This document shows, one piece after another, positions 28,901 to 41,000 of a stretch of DNA of 64,000 nucleotides; the stretch's first letter is position 1; each line of letters starts with the position of its first letter. The notes under the pieces were generated by a model. The model was not told the origin of the DNA. It searched no databases and was given only the letters and a program-made list of their open reading frames with translations. The translations under genes and the position numbers were made by a program. This stretch comes from Lingula anatina (taxonomy: Eukaryota > Animalia > Brachiopoda). The DNA lies in assembly GCA_051362555.1 (NCBI GenBank), contig CM120642.1, forward strand, positions 4,588,001 to 4,652,000, read 5' to 3'.

Positions 28901-31900
28901 ATTCTCCTCTGATCGTGCCAATTCAGATACTCAGGACATTAGTCTCCCAATTGACACAGAGCTTCAGGAGTTCACTATCTCCATCAGTGGAGACAACCCA
29001 GATGCCACTATTATCAATCCTGCAGGTAAGACATCAAGCGGGAAGGGGGGTTCAAATCTGTATGTCATAAAAGGATTAACTGCTTTTACGTCACTGCAGT
29101 TAACAATTAAAATGTGTATTGTAACTCTTATGAACATCCTGAGAGCCAGAAATCACTGGAATCCACCAAGGTTTGGCAATGGTGAAGTGTTTGCATTAGT
29201 TGGTTTCCACAAATCTCTGATAATCATGGTGGTATATGTTATATTTTGGAAATAATTTGTTTATCATTATATTAACAGGTCAAATTGTAACAAGAAGAAA
29301 TGGACGCAAAGAATTGCTCAACATCAAAAATGTTCTCATCATCAACATTAAAGATCCAGAGCCAGGTTTGTGGAGAGTTAAGATGTCCGCCAAGGGCAAA
29401 CACACCACTAGAATCACTGGCCTCAGTTCTACAGATTTCATCCATGGATTTTCCAAGAAACCCACCGATGACCTTGTCGAGACAAGACAAAGACCTGTCA
29501 GTGGTAATGTAGTTTGTTTTTTATTTAATAGCCTAGGGGTGTGTCTGTTCTAATGTTTGGGTTTTTTTTTTACTTTGAATAACCAGAATTTTTATTTCAA
29601 GTTATTTTGTCTTTTACAATTAATTTACAAAAGTTGTGTTTCCCACCTCTCTGATCTGCAAAGTAAGGTTTTGTTTGGATTGTTTTAAATGTTAACAATA
29701 TGACAATATGAAGGATGTAGCATTAGAGTAAAACCTTTGGGTAACACCTTTAGATTTTGATGACTCTTTTTATAAAACACAAAAAAAAAACAAAATAATA
29801 TGAGAAATGATCTTTCCTATTACAGGCATTCCAACATATCTTTTGCTCAACGCAACTGGCATGGAAACTCCAGGACGGTTTACACAGTTGGAGTTACTTG
29901 ATCTCCATGGTGAAACATTGGCAAAATACCCTGTTCACCAGCATCCTGAAAGAGAATGGCTGTACAATGTCAGTGCCTTTGTTCCTCCTGCAAACTTCTT
30001 CTACTTACGGGTAAGGGCATGGTTCTTAGGTCTTGGTTTAAATCAGACTTTTTTATAATGAAACTAGTCTTGGTGATTTTACAAGTGCTTGGATTTTTTT
30101 ACCATTTCTTATCAATTAACTTAGTTCCAAACACATCATAATTTGTAAAGATGGCCACAGTTGTTTTTGATTTTTCAGAAGGACTGGTACTTAAACTTGA
30201 GGGGGTTCACTGTTTTAAGGCCTGAATTGGAAAAGATATTAGTAGATTTGCAAGAAATATATATAGATATAAAAATAGGAAAATAATAATAAAAAATAAT
30301 TTACATTGTTATCAATGGTTAATTTTGTGAAGGTAAAATTCTTCAAAAACCACCTCCATTTCCTTGACTACCAAACTTTTCCAATACATCTTACAGGTAA
30401 AAGGTGTCGACTCCAAAGGTTTTGGACTCCAGCGTTTGACTCCTACCGCCATCAGTCCATCTATCCCAGTGGCACCCATAGTCTACATGCCAGAGATTAC
30501 TAGAGGTCATTATAAAAGGATATCACCAATTACATGCTATGTAACCAGTGAGGTGCCATTCTATGTGCAGTTCTACTGGGAAGACACCATACTTGGAACG
30601 TCGTTGTACTTTAGGTAACAAGGGTGCTTCCAATCATAATAGTTTTTATTATGAACTGAGAGTGGACTGCTACAAGTATATATTATAGCTGTACATAATA
30701 AAAGTAGGTCAATTTTGACTTGTATTCAGGTACTTTTATGGATGAATGATAAAATAATATGTTTTTTTAGAGACTATATGACCCATGGAATGTCCAAAAA
30801 AACATAAACACATAAAAATGGATATCAGATCCTGGAAATGTGTCTCAAAAATATGATTATCACCCACTAGAACTGTGTGTAGTTTTAGTAAAACTGCAAA
30901 TTCCATATAGTATGAAAAGAACACTAGTGTTTTTTTTCCCAATTAAGTTTTATAATAATCTGAATGAAATGATATGGTTATCACCCACTGGAATTGTGTG
31001 TACTTTCAGTGAGACTGCCAATGCCACGTGGTCTGTCAAAGATGCCAGTGCTTTCTCTGAGGGTGTGTACAGGTGTAACGCCACCAGCATTGCTGGCTCT
31101 GGGGCCGCAGAGACTTACTTTGATGTGACAGGTATGAGATGAAATTAGTGAAGTGAAGAAAATAGTTTTATACAGATAAAATGCAAAGGGTCTTATCAAT
31201 TTCATGTACAGTATTCTTTGTCTGTTCTTTTTATTATATATTTATAATTATTATAATGACTTTTTAGTTGTTTATACATTGTGCACTAATTATTATTATT
31301 ATTATTATTATTATAGACTTTGTTTGATTCACGTACAAAGAAGTTCTGTTCTGTTCTGATGTTTTGTATATCATATCAACTTTTGTAACTAATTCTGTCT
31401 TCAGACCTTTGAAACTGCATAAAAACCAGTACTAATTCATTATGCTTCTTGTTTTTCATAGACCCTCCACCGTATGTGACGGCCCCCAGCAATGTAACGA
31501 CCATCCCAGGTCGCAACGCCATTTTGACCTGCGAGGCCTCCAGCACAGTGGAATTCAACATGACCTGGTACAACACTGCCAGAGAGAACTTGGTGACCCA
31601 GGACCCTGACAAGTACATCATTCATAGGAACGGTTCCCTGCAGATTCTGTAAGGATGGCAACATGTTATGTTTGTTGGTTTAGAAAAAAAAATTGTTTCG
31701 TTTGACCTGGTATCACACAGTCAGTAACCTTGTAAATTCTGTGAAGCTGATGATTACACAAACAAGTTTGTCATGCTTGAATGGTTTTGGTGTTTGAAAA
31801 TTGATGTTTGTGATTTAGTAAAAGTATTTGATTAGAAAACACTTTGTGATCAATTTAATGCCAATAATAGATCACACAGTAGATTTGTTTTAGAAAGTGT

Positions 31901-34900
31901 TCAAATTGCAATAAATTTTTTAATTCATTTGGCAAATATTGCCTGAAAGTTTTGGAAAAATGGGGTCTTTTAGACATGATACAGAGCACTTCATGGTAAA
32001 AAATACAAAAGTGATTTTAGATTATAGAAGTCCTTAAGAAATAAGATTGTACATTCTTTTGAAATAAAAACAATTTTAACGAATACTGCCAGAAAGTAAG
32101 TTGGTGGTCCAGAATCAGACAAGTAAATAATTCATAAGAGTGGATCCCTGCTGATTAAACATGAACTGTAGCTGAGAATGTTTGTTTATAGGAGGAAAAG
32201 CAGTCAGTGTTACAAATTGATCTGACATAGGCTGTGACAAATTCTTCGTTTTTTTTTTTTTTTTTTTTTTTACAATTTTCATTATGTAAAAAATACCATA
32301 TTCACTAGACATCAGTCAGAGTGGTTTTCAAGTAAGATTGCAGTTAGATATTCTTAAATATGATTTATGATTTATGGCAGTATCTTAATTGCCTGGTTTG
32401 ATGGCCATTATTGTTATTGTCATTTGTAATAAAATAATTTTAACAATACCTAAGTCAGCCCCTGATGATGTGAATTTTACAGAAATGTCAGAAAATCTGA
32501 CGAAGGTCCTTACATATGCCGAGCAGCAAATGAAGGAGGAAATTCTGAAGAAAAGATTTATCTCATTGTGCAAGGTAAGGGTCAGCCACATGTATAATGT
32601 AAAGTATTTTGTTTAATAGACATGATTCACTGAAATACAGTTTTCCCAATCACAGATTTGATTCTTAATTTGTACCTTTTTTAAAATATTAGAGGTATCG
32701 AAAACTATATAAAGCATACAGTTCAAAAATACAAATAAGATAAGCTTAAAAATTCAAGATGAGAATTTGAGAGATGTATTGTTGTTACCACAGAAATTCT
32801 AAAGGTAATATTTATTTATTTGTCTAGTGGCACCAGTGGCAAGAGTACGCCCAGAATCACAACCCTTTAAAACCGGCCAGGCCGTCAGTATCCAGTGTAC
32901 CTCGGAAGGTTCTCCAGCGTCCTATATATGGCGGAGGAAGCAGGAGGTTCTTCCCCTCTCAGAGAAGGTCAATTATGACCGATCAACAGGCATTTTGTCA
33001 CTGAAGCACCTGCAGCCTTATGACGAAGGAGCTTACGAATGCTTGGCATCAAATCCTGCAGGCTCAGATACTGCTGTGGCTACACTGAGATATATTGGTT
33101 AGTGGCACCTATTTGATAGTTAATTTACATAGAAATTACAGAGCATTAAGTTTATTATAATATGAAAAACAATTTGTGCCATTTATAAAAAATATCTTTG
33201 ATATTATGATAAATTTGATTGCATTTGTGGGTGCTTATTTTATATGACAACACTGTTACTATTAAAATAATAATACTTTTTTAATAATTCACTAGTTTTA
33301 TTTGTAATTCCATCTATTTCCAGAGGCACCAATTGTCCAGGTGCCCAGTCCAGTGGTGCTTGTGTCCATCAAGGAGTCCGCCAAGTTGTCCTGTGATGTC
33401 CATGGTATTCCCAAACCTAATATTACCTGGTTCAAGGAAGGCATACAGGTGAGCACCACACCTGTGGCCAGTTTCCTGAGAATTTTAGACTGAAACTTGG
33501 TCCAAACTTTTTAACAAAATTTAAGTCTGCTATTCAAAAGTTATTCCAATTTGATGAAATACTGAGCCTGTTTAATATTTAGAGAGAAACTTAAAACTTT
33601 GGCCAGAGCTTAATAACTCTGTTAAAGTGGACAACTGCCAACTTATCCTGATATGAAGAGTTCAACATTTTTGGTTTAAATGTTTTAGAAGAATGTGAAA
33701 CTGAAACTTTTATCACTCTCTTTTGTATACTTACTTGTCGTTGTATTACTTACTCCCTGGTGTGCACTGAGTAATTTTCTCTTTGGTGCCAGTCTATCTT
33801 TTTATATGTCTATTTTACAACCTGTTTCAGTTCCATGAGTTTGCCTTTGTTGAGATCATGGACAGTGGAGACTTGATGTTGCTTGGGGTGCAGGAATATG
33901 ATGCCGGGGAGTACACCTGTGTGGCCACCAATGAGGCCGGGACAGCAAGAGGACTGGTCACACTGGAAGTGGGATGTAAGTAGGTCACACTGGGATGCTA
34001 ATAGGTCACACTGGGATGTTAGTAGGTCTCACTGGGATGTACATACATCAGTGTCTAGGTTGGACATGTCTTTTTCTATATTATGGATTGATGCTTAGTA
34101 ATGTTGACGTGAGAATACTACATTTTTTGTTGCAGGTATGCTTGTTTTAGATATTTTCCATTAACAGAAAATAGGGGGGTTATTGTTTGACATTATGTTC
34201 TTAGGTAGAGATGAAAATCACATATTTTACTTACAGCCCAGCCAAAGATCACTCGTGCCCCAAGCAGTGTTGGTATAGACATTGAGACCAACGGTACCCT
34301 CCCATGTAAGGCCACTGGGTACCCACCCCCCAAAATACTGTGGAGGAGAGAGGATGGTCTTCCTATTGACTGGAATGGAAGATTTAGACAGATGCCATCT
34401 GGTTCACTTTTCATACAGAGTAAGTTTTCTCCTGCTGCAGTTTGACATACAGTTTGACAAGAACTTGTTTTTGCCAGTTTGAGGTTTTGTACTTTATACT
34501 TGGTGGGTTTTCATAGCACATGTAGTTTATACACTTCTTTTAAAAAGAGATTCAGAGATTTCTACTGTGTGTAACTTGCAATTGCTGAAACATATTCACT
34601 TTTTCATGTAAAGAGTACATTAGAAATATCTGAATGTTTTATTTATTAAATTTCAAACACATTCCCTATTTTTTCGCAGACATCCAGGCATCAGATGAGG
34701 GAGCATATGTCTGTAGTGCACAGAACCAGTTTGGAGTTCAGGAAGTGTCAGCATATGTCACAGTCTCTGGCATTGGTAGGCTTTTCCTTCATTCCATAAT
34801 TGTTGCATGATGATGTATAACTTGTTAACTTTAAGTATTGCTATAATGCTGCAATACGTACCAGTATGTCATCTTTCTGAAGCCTTTTAAGATACCAGGA

Positions 34901-34927
34901 ATGCAATTGTATTTGACACACACTTTC

Positions 34928-35009
<82 letters not shown>

Positions 35010-38000
35010 CAAAAACATTTTTTTCAAATTTCAGTACGTCCCCTGATTGCTTTCACCAATCCCCTTGTTCAGATCATTGAAGGACGTCCAGTACGGCTTA
35101 CCTGTTTTATTCTCCTTGGTAACCCCAAACCTAAGATAAGTTGGCTGAAAGGTGACCAGGTGATTGAAGAAGGAAATGGCTTCAGGATTGACAGTGAGGG
35201 GAGCCTCCATATTGAAAGTGTGAGAGCGGTGGACGAAGGAGATTTTAAGTGTCATGCAAGCAACGTGGGTGGAAACTCAACTTACATAACACAGTTGGAT
35301 GTGCAAGGTAAAGATAGATATAGAAATATGATGTTTAGTTACTAGATATGTAAAATAGTCTTTTTGTGTAAATGTTTTAAAGAATCAGGAGGTTAGTCAC
35401 GTGACATTTCTTCATTTCTTTCATAAATGCATACTTCTTGATATATTCAGTATGCATTTATAAAAGTTGTTGTTTTGAAAAATTTCAAAATAGTCTGAAT
35501 TATCAATTTACAGATGCATTTTTTTGCCTTTTTTTTATTTCAAACTTTGACCAATACAGTTTAACTTTTTTCCAGTTCCCCCAGTCATAGACAAGAGTTA
35601 TGGCAATGAGTATGTGGTGGTGCAAGGGAACCGCATAGTGTTGCATTGCGAAGTGCAGGGAGACCCACCTCCATCTTTGGAGTGGTTTAAAAATGGTGTA
35701 AAAATTCCTGTCACAGATTCCCACTATTTCATCAGCGAGTCTGGCAACTTGGAAATCTTCAGTGCAGATCCCAAAGACACCAGCAGCTATTCTTGTTCGG
35801 CCAATAACATTGCAGGGAGTGATCAGAGGTCCATGACATTATTTGTGCAAGGTAATTTTAACAGGTAGTGTCATGGCACTGCCTCATAGAAACATGTCTG
35901 CATACTGGAAGTACCTACAAATATCTGTGCTGTAATGAAAATGTGTGGTTGTTTATTTTTTATCTGTCAAATCTTCATTTTAAAGTATTTCGTAACAAGT
36001 AATTGATGCTTATTATTTCATACTAGTTTTGCCAGAACTATTTTTATGTACAGACACAGATGTGTCTGTACATATTGCCATCACCTGCGTCTGTCGTCGC
36101 CGATGCCGATGCCGATGCCGATGCCGATGCCGTCGCCGTGCACTTTCCTTGTAAACACGATAAGTGGAAGGCAGTTTTACTTTTTGGCTTTATATTTACA
36201 GAGCTGATGAATATTCATAAAACGCAGGTCAAGTTCGAAAATCAGCATGATCGGGCCATTACTGTAGAAGTTATGCTGTTTTTTCACTTTTCAGCATATA
36301 TGCAACCTTGTAAACACATTTTAAGGAAAACCGTTAGGCCTATTGTCATGAAACTCACAGGAATGGTCAGTCTTACTAAAACGCAGGTTGAGTTCGAAAA
36401 TCAGCATAATCGGGGCATTATTTTAGAAGTTATGCTGTTTTTTCACATTTCTTCAGATTTCCTCAGATTTAATTCTTAGGCATGTTAATAGCCTTATTAT
36501 TTAAGTAATAAGATACGTAAAAGTGTTTGTTTGACATTTCCTGCATCTTTACAACATTGTTAGTTGATTATGTAAAAATGATGGTAAACTTGTTATCGTG
36601 TATTGTGTAATAAAGTGTCAAAAATGGAAATAAACTCATATCATTGCAGTTTGTCAGATTCAATCATTCACTATGTTCAGAATCTCAGAATGGAAGAAAT
36701 TGGACATTTAACACTGTTCTATTGATATTTTTCACATCTCATCAATTTTCTTAGTTGATCTTATAAAAATGGCAGTAACCTTTTAATTTTGTTTTATGTT
36801 AAAAAAGTGTTAAAAATGGAAATAAACCCATTTCAGAACAGTGCAGTCTTGTTTACATTTTGGCATCTTTAAGTCGTGACTTTGAAGTTCCATCGGCCTA
36901 AAAACCTTTGTTAGTCACGTTTACTATTTGTCCATGATACTAATATTTTATTATTAAAAATTGATGATCATTATGCTGTTAAACATTATGTAATATTGCA
37001 TCAAAATTTGAAAAAAACCTATTTTGGGCACTGCTCCCATGATGACCATTTAAGAAAAACCATGTCACTTACTGTTCTCAAACAGTACAGTTGATATGTA
37101 CAGATGTGTCTGTACATATTGCCATCACCTGCGTCTGTCGTCGCCGTCGTTGCTGTCACTGTCGCTGTCGCCGGCGCCATGCACTTTCATTGTAAACACG
37201 ATAAGTGGAAGGCAGTTTTACTTTTTGGCTGTATATTTACAGGGCTGATGAATATTCATAAAATGCAGGTCAAGTTCGAAAATCAGCATGATCGGGCCAT
37301 TAATGTAGAAGTTATGCTTTTTTTTTTTTCACTTTTCAGCATATATGCAACACTGTTAACACAATATAAGAAAAACAGATAGGCATATTGTCATTAAACT
37401 CACAGGAGTGGTCATTCCTGCTAAAACGCAGGTTGAGTTCAGAAATCGGCATAATCGGGCCATTATTTTAAAGAAATGCAGTTTTTTCACATTTCCTCAG
37501 ATTCAATTCTTAGGCATGTAAACAGTTTCATTATTGAACTAATAAGAAACGTAAAAGTGTTTGTTTGGCATTTCCTGCAATTTTACAACATTATTAGTTG
37601 ATTATGTAAAAATGATGGTAAACTTGTTATCGTTTATTGTGTAATAAAGTTTCAAAAATGGAAATAAACTCATATCATTGCAGTTTGTCAGATTCAATCA
37701 TTCACTATGTTCAGAATCTCAGAATGGAAGAGATTGGACATTTAACACTGCTCTGTTGATATTTTTCCCATCTCATCAATTTTCTTAGTTGATCATATAA
37801 AAACGGCAGAAAACTGTTAATTTTGTTTTATGTTAAAAATTGTTAAAAATGGAAAAAAAAAACATTTCAGAACAGTGCTGTCTTGTTTACATTTTGGCAT
37901 TTTCAAGTTGTGACTTTGAAGTTCCATGGGCCTGAAGACCTTTGCTAGTCACATTTTCTGAATATCCATAATACTAATATTTTATTATTAAAGTTGATGG

Positions 38001-41000
38001 TCATTATGCTGTTAAACATTATGTAATATTGCATCAAAATTTGAAAAAAAAACTATTTTGGGCACTGCTCCAATGATGACCATTTAAGAAAAACCATGTC
38101 ATTTACTGTTCTCAAACTTACAGGAAAGAAACATGGGACTAAAATACAGCTTCAGTAGGAAATACAGTCTGTTTGGTAATTCTTACTGCCAGTTAAACAG
38201 TTATTTTGTGAAAATTTTTCACATATTGGTATTTTTAAGGTGTGACTTTGAAGTTCCACGGGCTTGAAAACCCATGCTAGTCACATTTTCTGAAAATCCA
38301 TGATACGTATATTTTATTATTAAAAATTGACGGTCATTATGCTGTTAACCATTATGTAATATTGCATCAGAATAGAAGAAAACACAATTTTGGGTGCTGC
38401 TGCCATGATGACCATTATGGGAAAACCATGTTACTTATGATTGCCAAACTTTCAAAAAAGAAATACAGGACTAAAATGCAGTCTGAGTTGGAAAAGCAGT
38501 CTAAGTGACTTCTTTTTCTGGAAGTTATACATTTTCAAAGTGTAAACTTGTCACATATTTTAATTACATTGGTATTACCTGTTGAGGATAATTAAAATTT
38601 GATGTTGAATTTGCAGTTTAACATAATGTATTTTTGCATCAGAATTGACAGTAGCCTATTTTGTGCATAGTTATTTCCTGTTTTTTGTCTGTACATTTGA
38701 CAGCTTTGCTGCCTTGTTGGATTTTAATCCTGAACAGTATATAATCAGACTCTCATATTTATCTGCATACTGATAAAATGAAAATCAGTCATATATGCAC
38801 AGTCCCCAGTTATCCCCCCAACCTTTTTAAATATATCACACATGATGGAATCCTACTTTTTAGTCCCACCAATGATAATGAGTAAAGAGGACAAATTGAT
38901 CGTTGAAGTGAACAATCCAGTTCTTCTGCCGTGTGAAGTACATGCCATTCCAGATGCTGAAGTCAGGTGGTACAAAGATGGAGGGGTAAGTTTCCACTAT
39001 AATTCTGTTATACAGACTTCATATCCCTAAAGTGTGGTATTGGTCTGTACTTAGGATATTCGGAACCTAACTGCTAATCTGATCAGATCAGTTAAACTAT
39101 TTCTAGCTGAAGGAAGTTAATAAGTGTACTTTTGTGACACCCTCTATACCTCCCCTCTGTTTAGCTCTTTCATTATTTAAAGCATTGACAATTTTAAACA
39201 GCCTTTTCAGAAGTTGATAATAAATGTGAACTTAACATCCAGGGTGAATCTTTTGGTCATTCTCATGATGGTTAGAGATATGATAATTTTGTTATAACAG
39301 GAGCTGTCCAGACTTAACCAGCTTATAGAGATAAGAAGGGATGGTCTATATATGCCCAGTACTCAGGTGGAGGATGCCGGACTATATGAATGTGAAGCCT
39401 CTAATGTAGCCGGCACTGCCACCAAAAGGATAAAGCTTGTTGTCCAAGGTTACTCTAGTTTCTTTCTTTCTTTTTTTTAAACAGTATTTTATGGTATTTT
39501 ACTTCAGCAGTTTGTGCTGTGTGATTTTCATATTTAAAAAAAAAAGCAGTGTGAGCTTACACAGTTGTATGTCACATATCTTTGGACAGTAAGACATCTG
39601 AAATTTTGCTGAATGCTTTTTTATTCGAAAGCATATACTACTACTTGTGATTTGATTGATTATTTATTGTTAGTGTCTGTAATCAATAAAACCTGAAAAA
39701 TAGTTTTTCCAGTGCTTTCATGTGTAAGTGAGTGTTCTCAACATTTCCTCCTCATTTCTTTCAGTGCCTCCCAAGATAATTACTGAAGGCCCTTCAAAGT
39801 TCATAGTCATCAAAGGTGACCATATCACGTTACCTTGTGAAGCAACTGGAGACCCAGACCCCATGATAATGTGGCGTAAAAATGGAAAAGACCTGACTGT
39901 CTTGGATGCAGATGATGGCTACATTGTACAGGAAAGTGGTGCCCTCTATATTGTGAAAACTAAAGTAAAACACACAGCTACTTACACATGTATTGCTGAG
40001 AACCCTGCAGGCAGTGATACCAGGAGTGTTAAGCTGGTGGTGCATGGTGAGTTGTAAATAATCATAATCAGAATGCTGAATATTTTGAACAACCAATTTA
40101 AGTGTTTTTCTACAAATGCCACGTACTGTTTATATTAGAATGTCATCAGAAACAGTTCAATATCATCAGTTTTATGTCAAAATCTAAATATTTCAGTACC
40201 TTAAAATGAATGCTTGTAAAAATTTGGTATAATGTTTTTTATTGGTTATTTAGGTAATGCATCAACATGTACATTTTTCTTCCTCTAGACCCTCCTCAAA
40301 TCCCTGAAGACACAATAAAAAACACCAGTATAATAGAGAATCAGAAAGCTGTACTGCCATGTCCTGCCACTGGAACACCACTGCCAAAGATCACATGGTA
40401 CAAAAATGGCAAGGAGATCACCGGAAATGAACTGGGAGTACGGATACTAGCAGATGGTTCGTTGGTATTTGACAGAGCAGAAGCGTCAGATGCTGGCAGT
40501 TATGAATGTGTGGCATCTAATGTGGCTGGGAACATAAGTAATGTTATTGAGTTCAGGGTTTTTGGTAAGTAATGTAATGGTGTTTGTGAGAAATTAAGAG
40601 TAAAACAGAGTACTTTGATATTAATCTGTATGTGGACATTTAAAGAGGTACACAGTAAATTTTTTTCATGTTTTGTAAAATCTTGTTGGAACCATAAATA
40701 AAGTACAAGATTTTAATTTTTACAAAAGCAACAAAATATGTTCATGTTTAATTGTAGAACTTGATTAATATTTGTTACAAGTTTACCAATTGCTGTGCCA
40801 CATTTCTTCAAATTCTAGTTCCACCCAGAATTGGCTATGGCGATGGTGAAGACACTGATGGCTACCCTCACATTGTTGTTATAATAAACCAGACCGCCAT
40901 CTTGGAATGCCTGACCCATGCTATACCACCTCCCACTATCACATGGTACAAAGCTGATGTTCCATTGGTCATTGAGAATGAGCCAAGACTGACCCTGTTG

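Noticed and set aside
33461-33637. Possible degenerate MITE (CTGTGGCCAGTTTC ... AAAGTGGACAACTG)
   Set aside because: Termini match too poorly and no target-site duplication is visible
33981-34043. Possible CRISPR-like repeat
   Set aside because: Units are contiguous with no spacers, in a eukaryotic intron, and derived from the adjacent exon end
36060-37382. Paralogous ORFs of 139 aa and 92 aa ([14 protein letters not shown]..)
   Set aside because: They lie inside the duplicated HINE-like element; the ADADAD run comes from the microsatellite, the copies differ by frameshift, and no domain is recognisable
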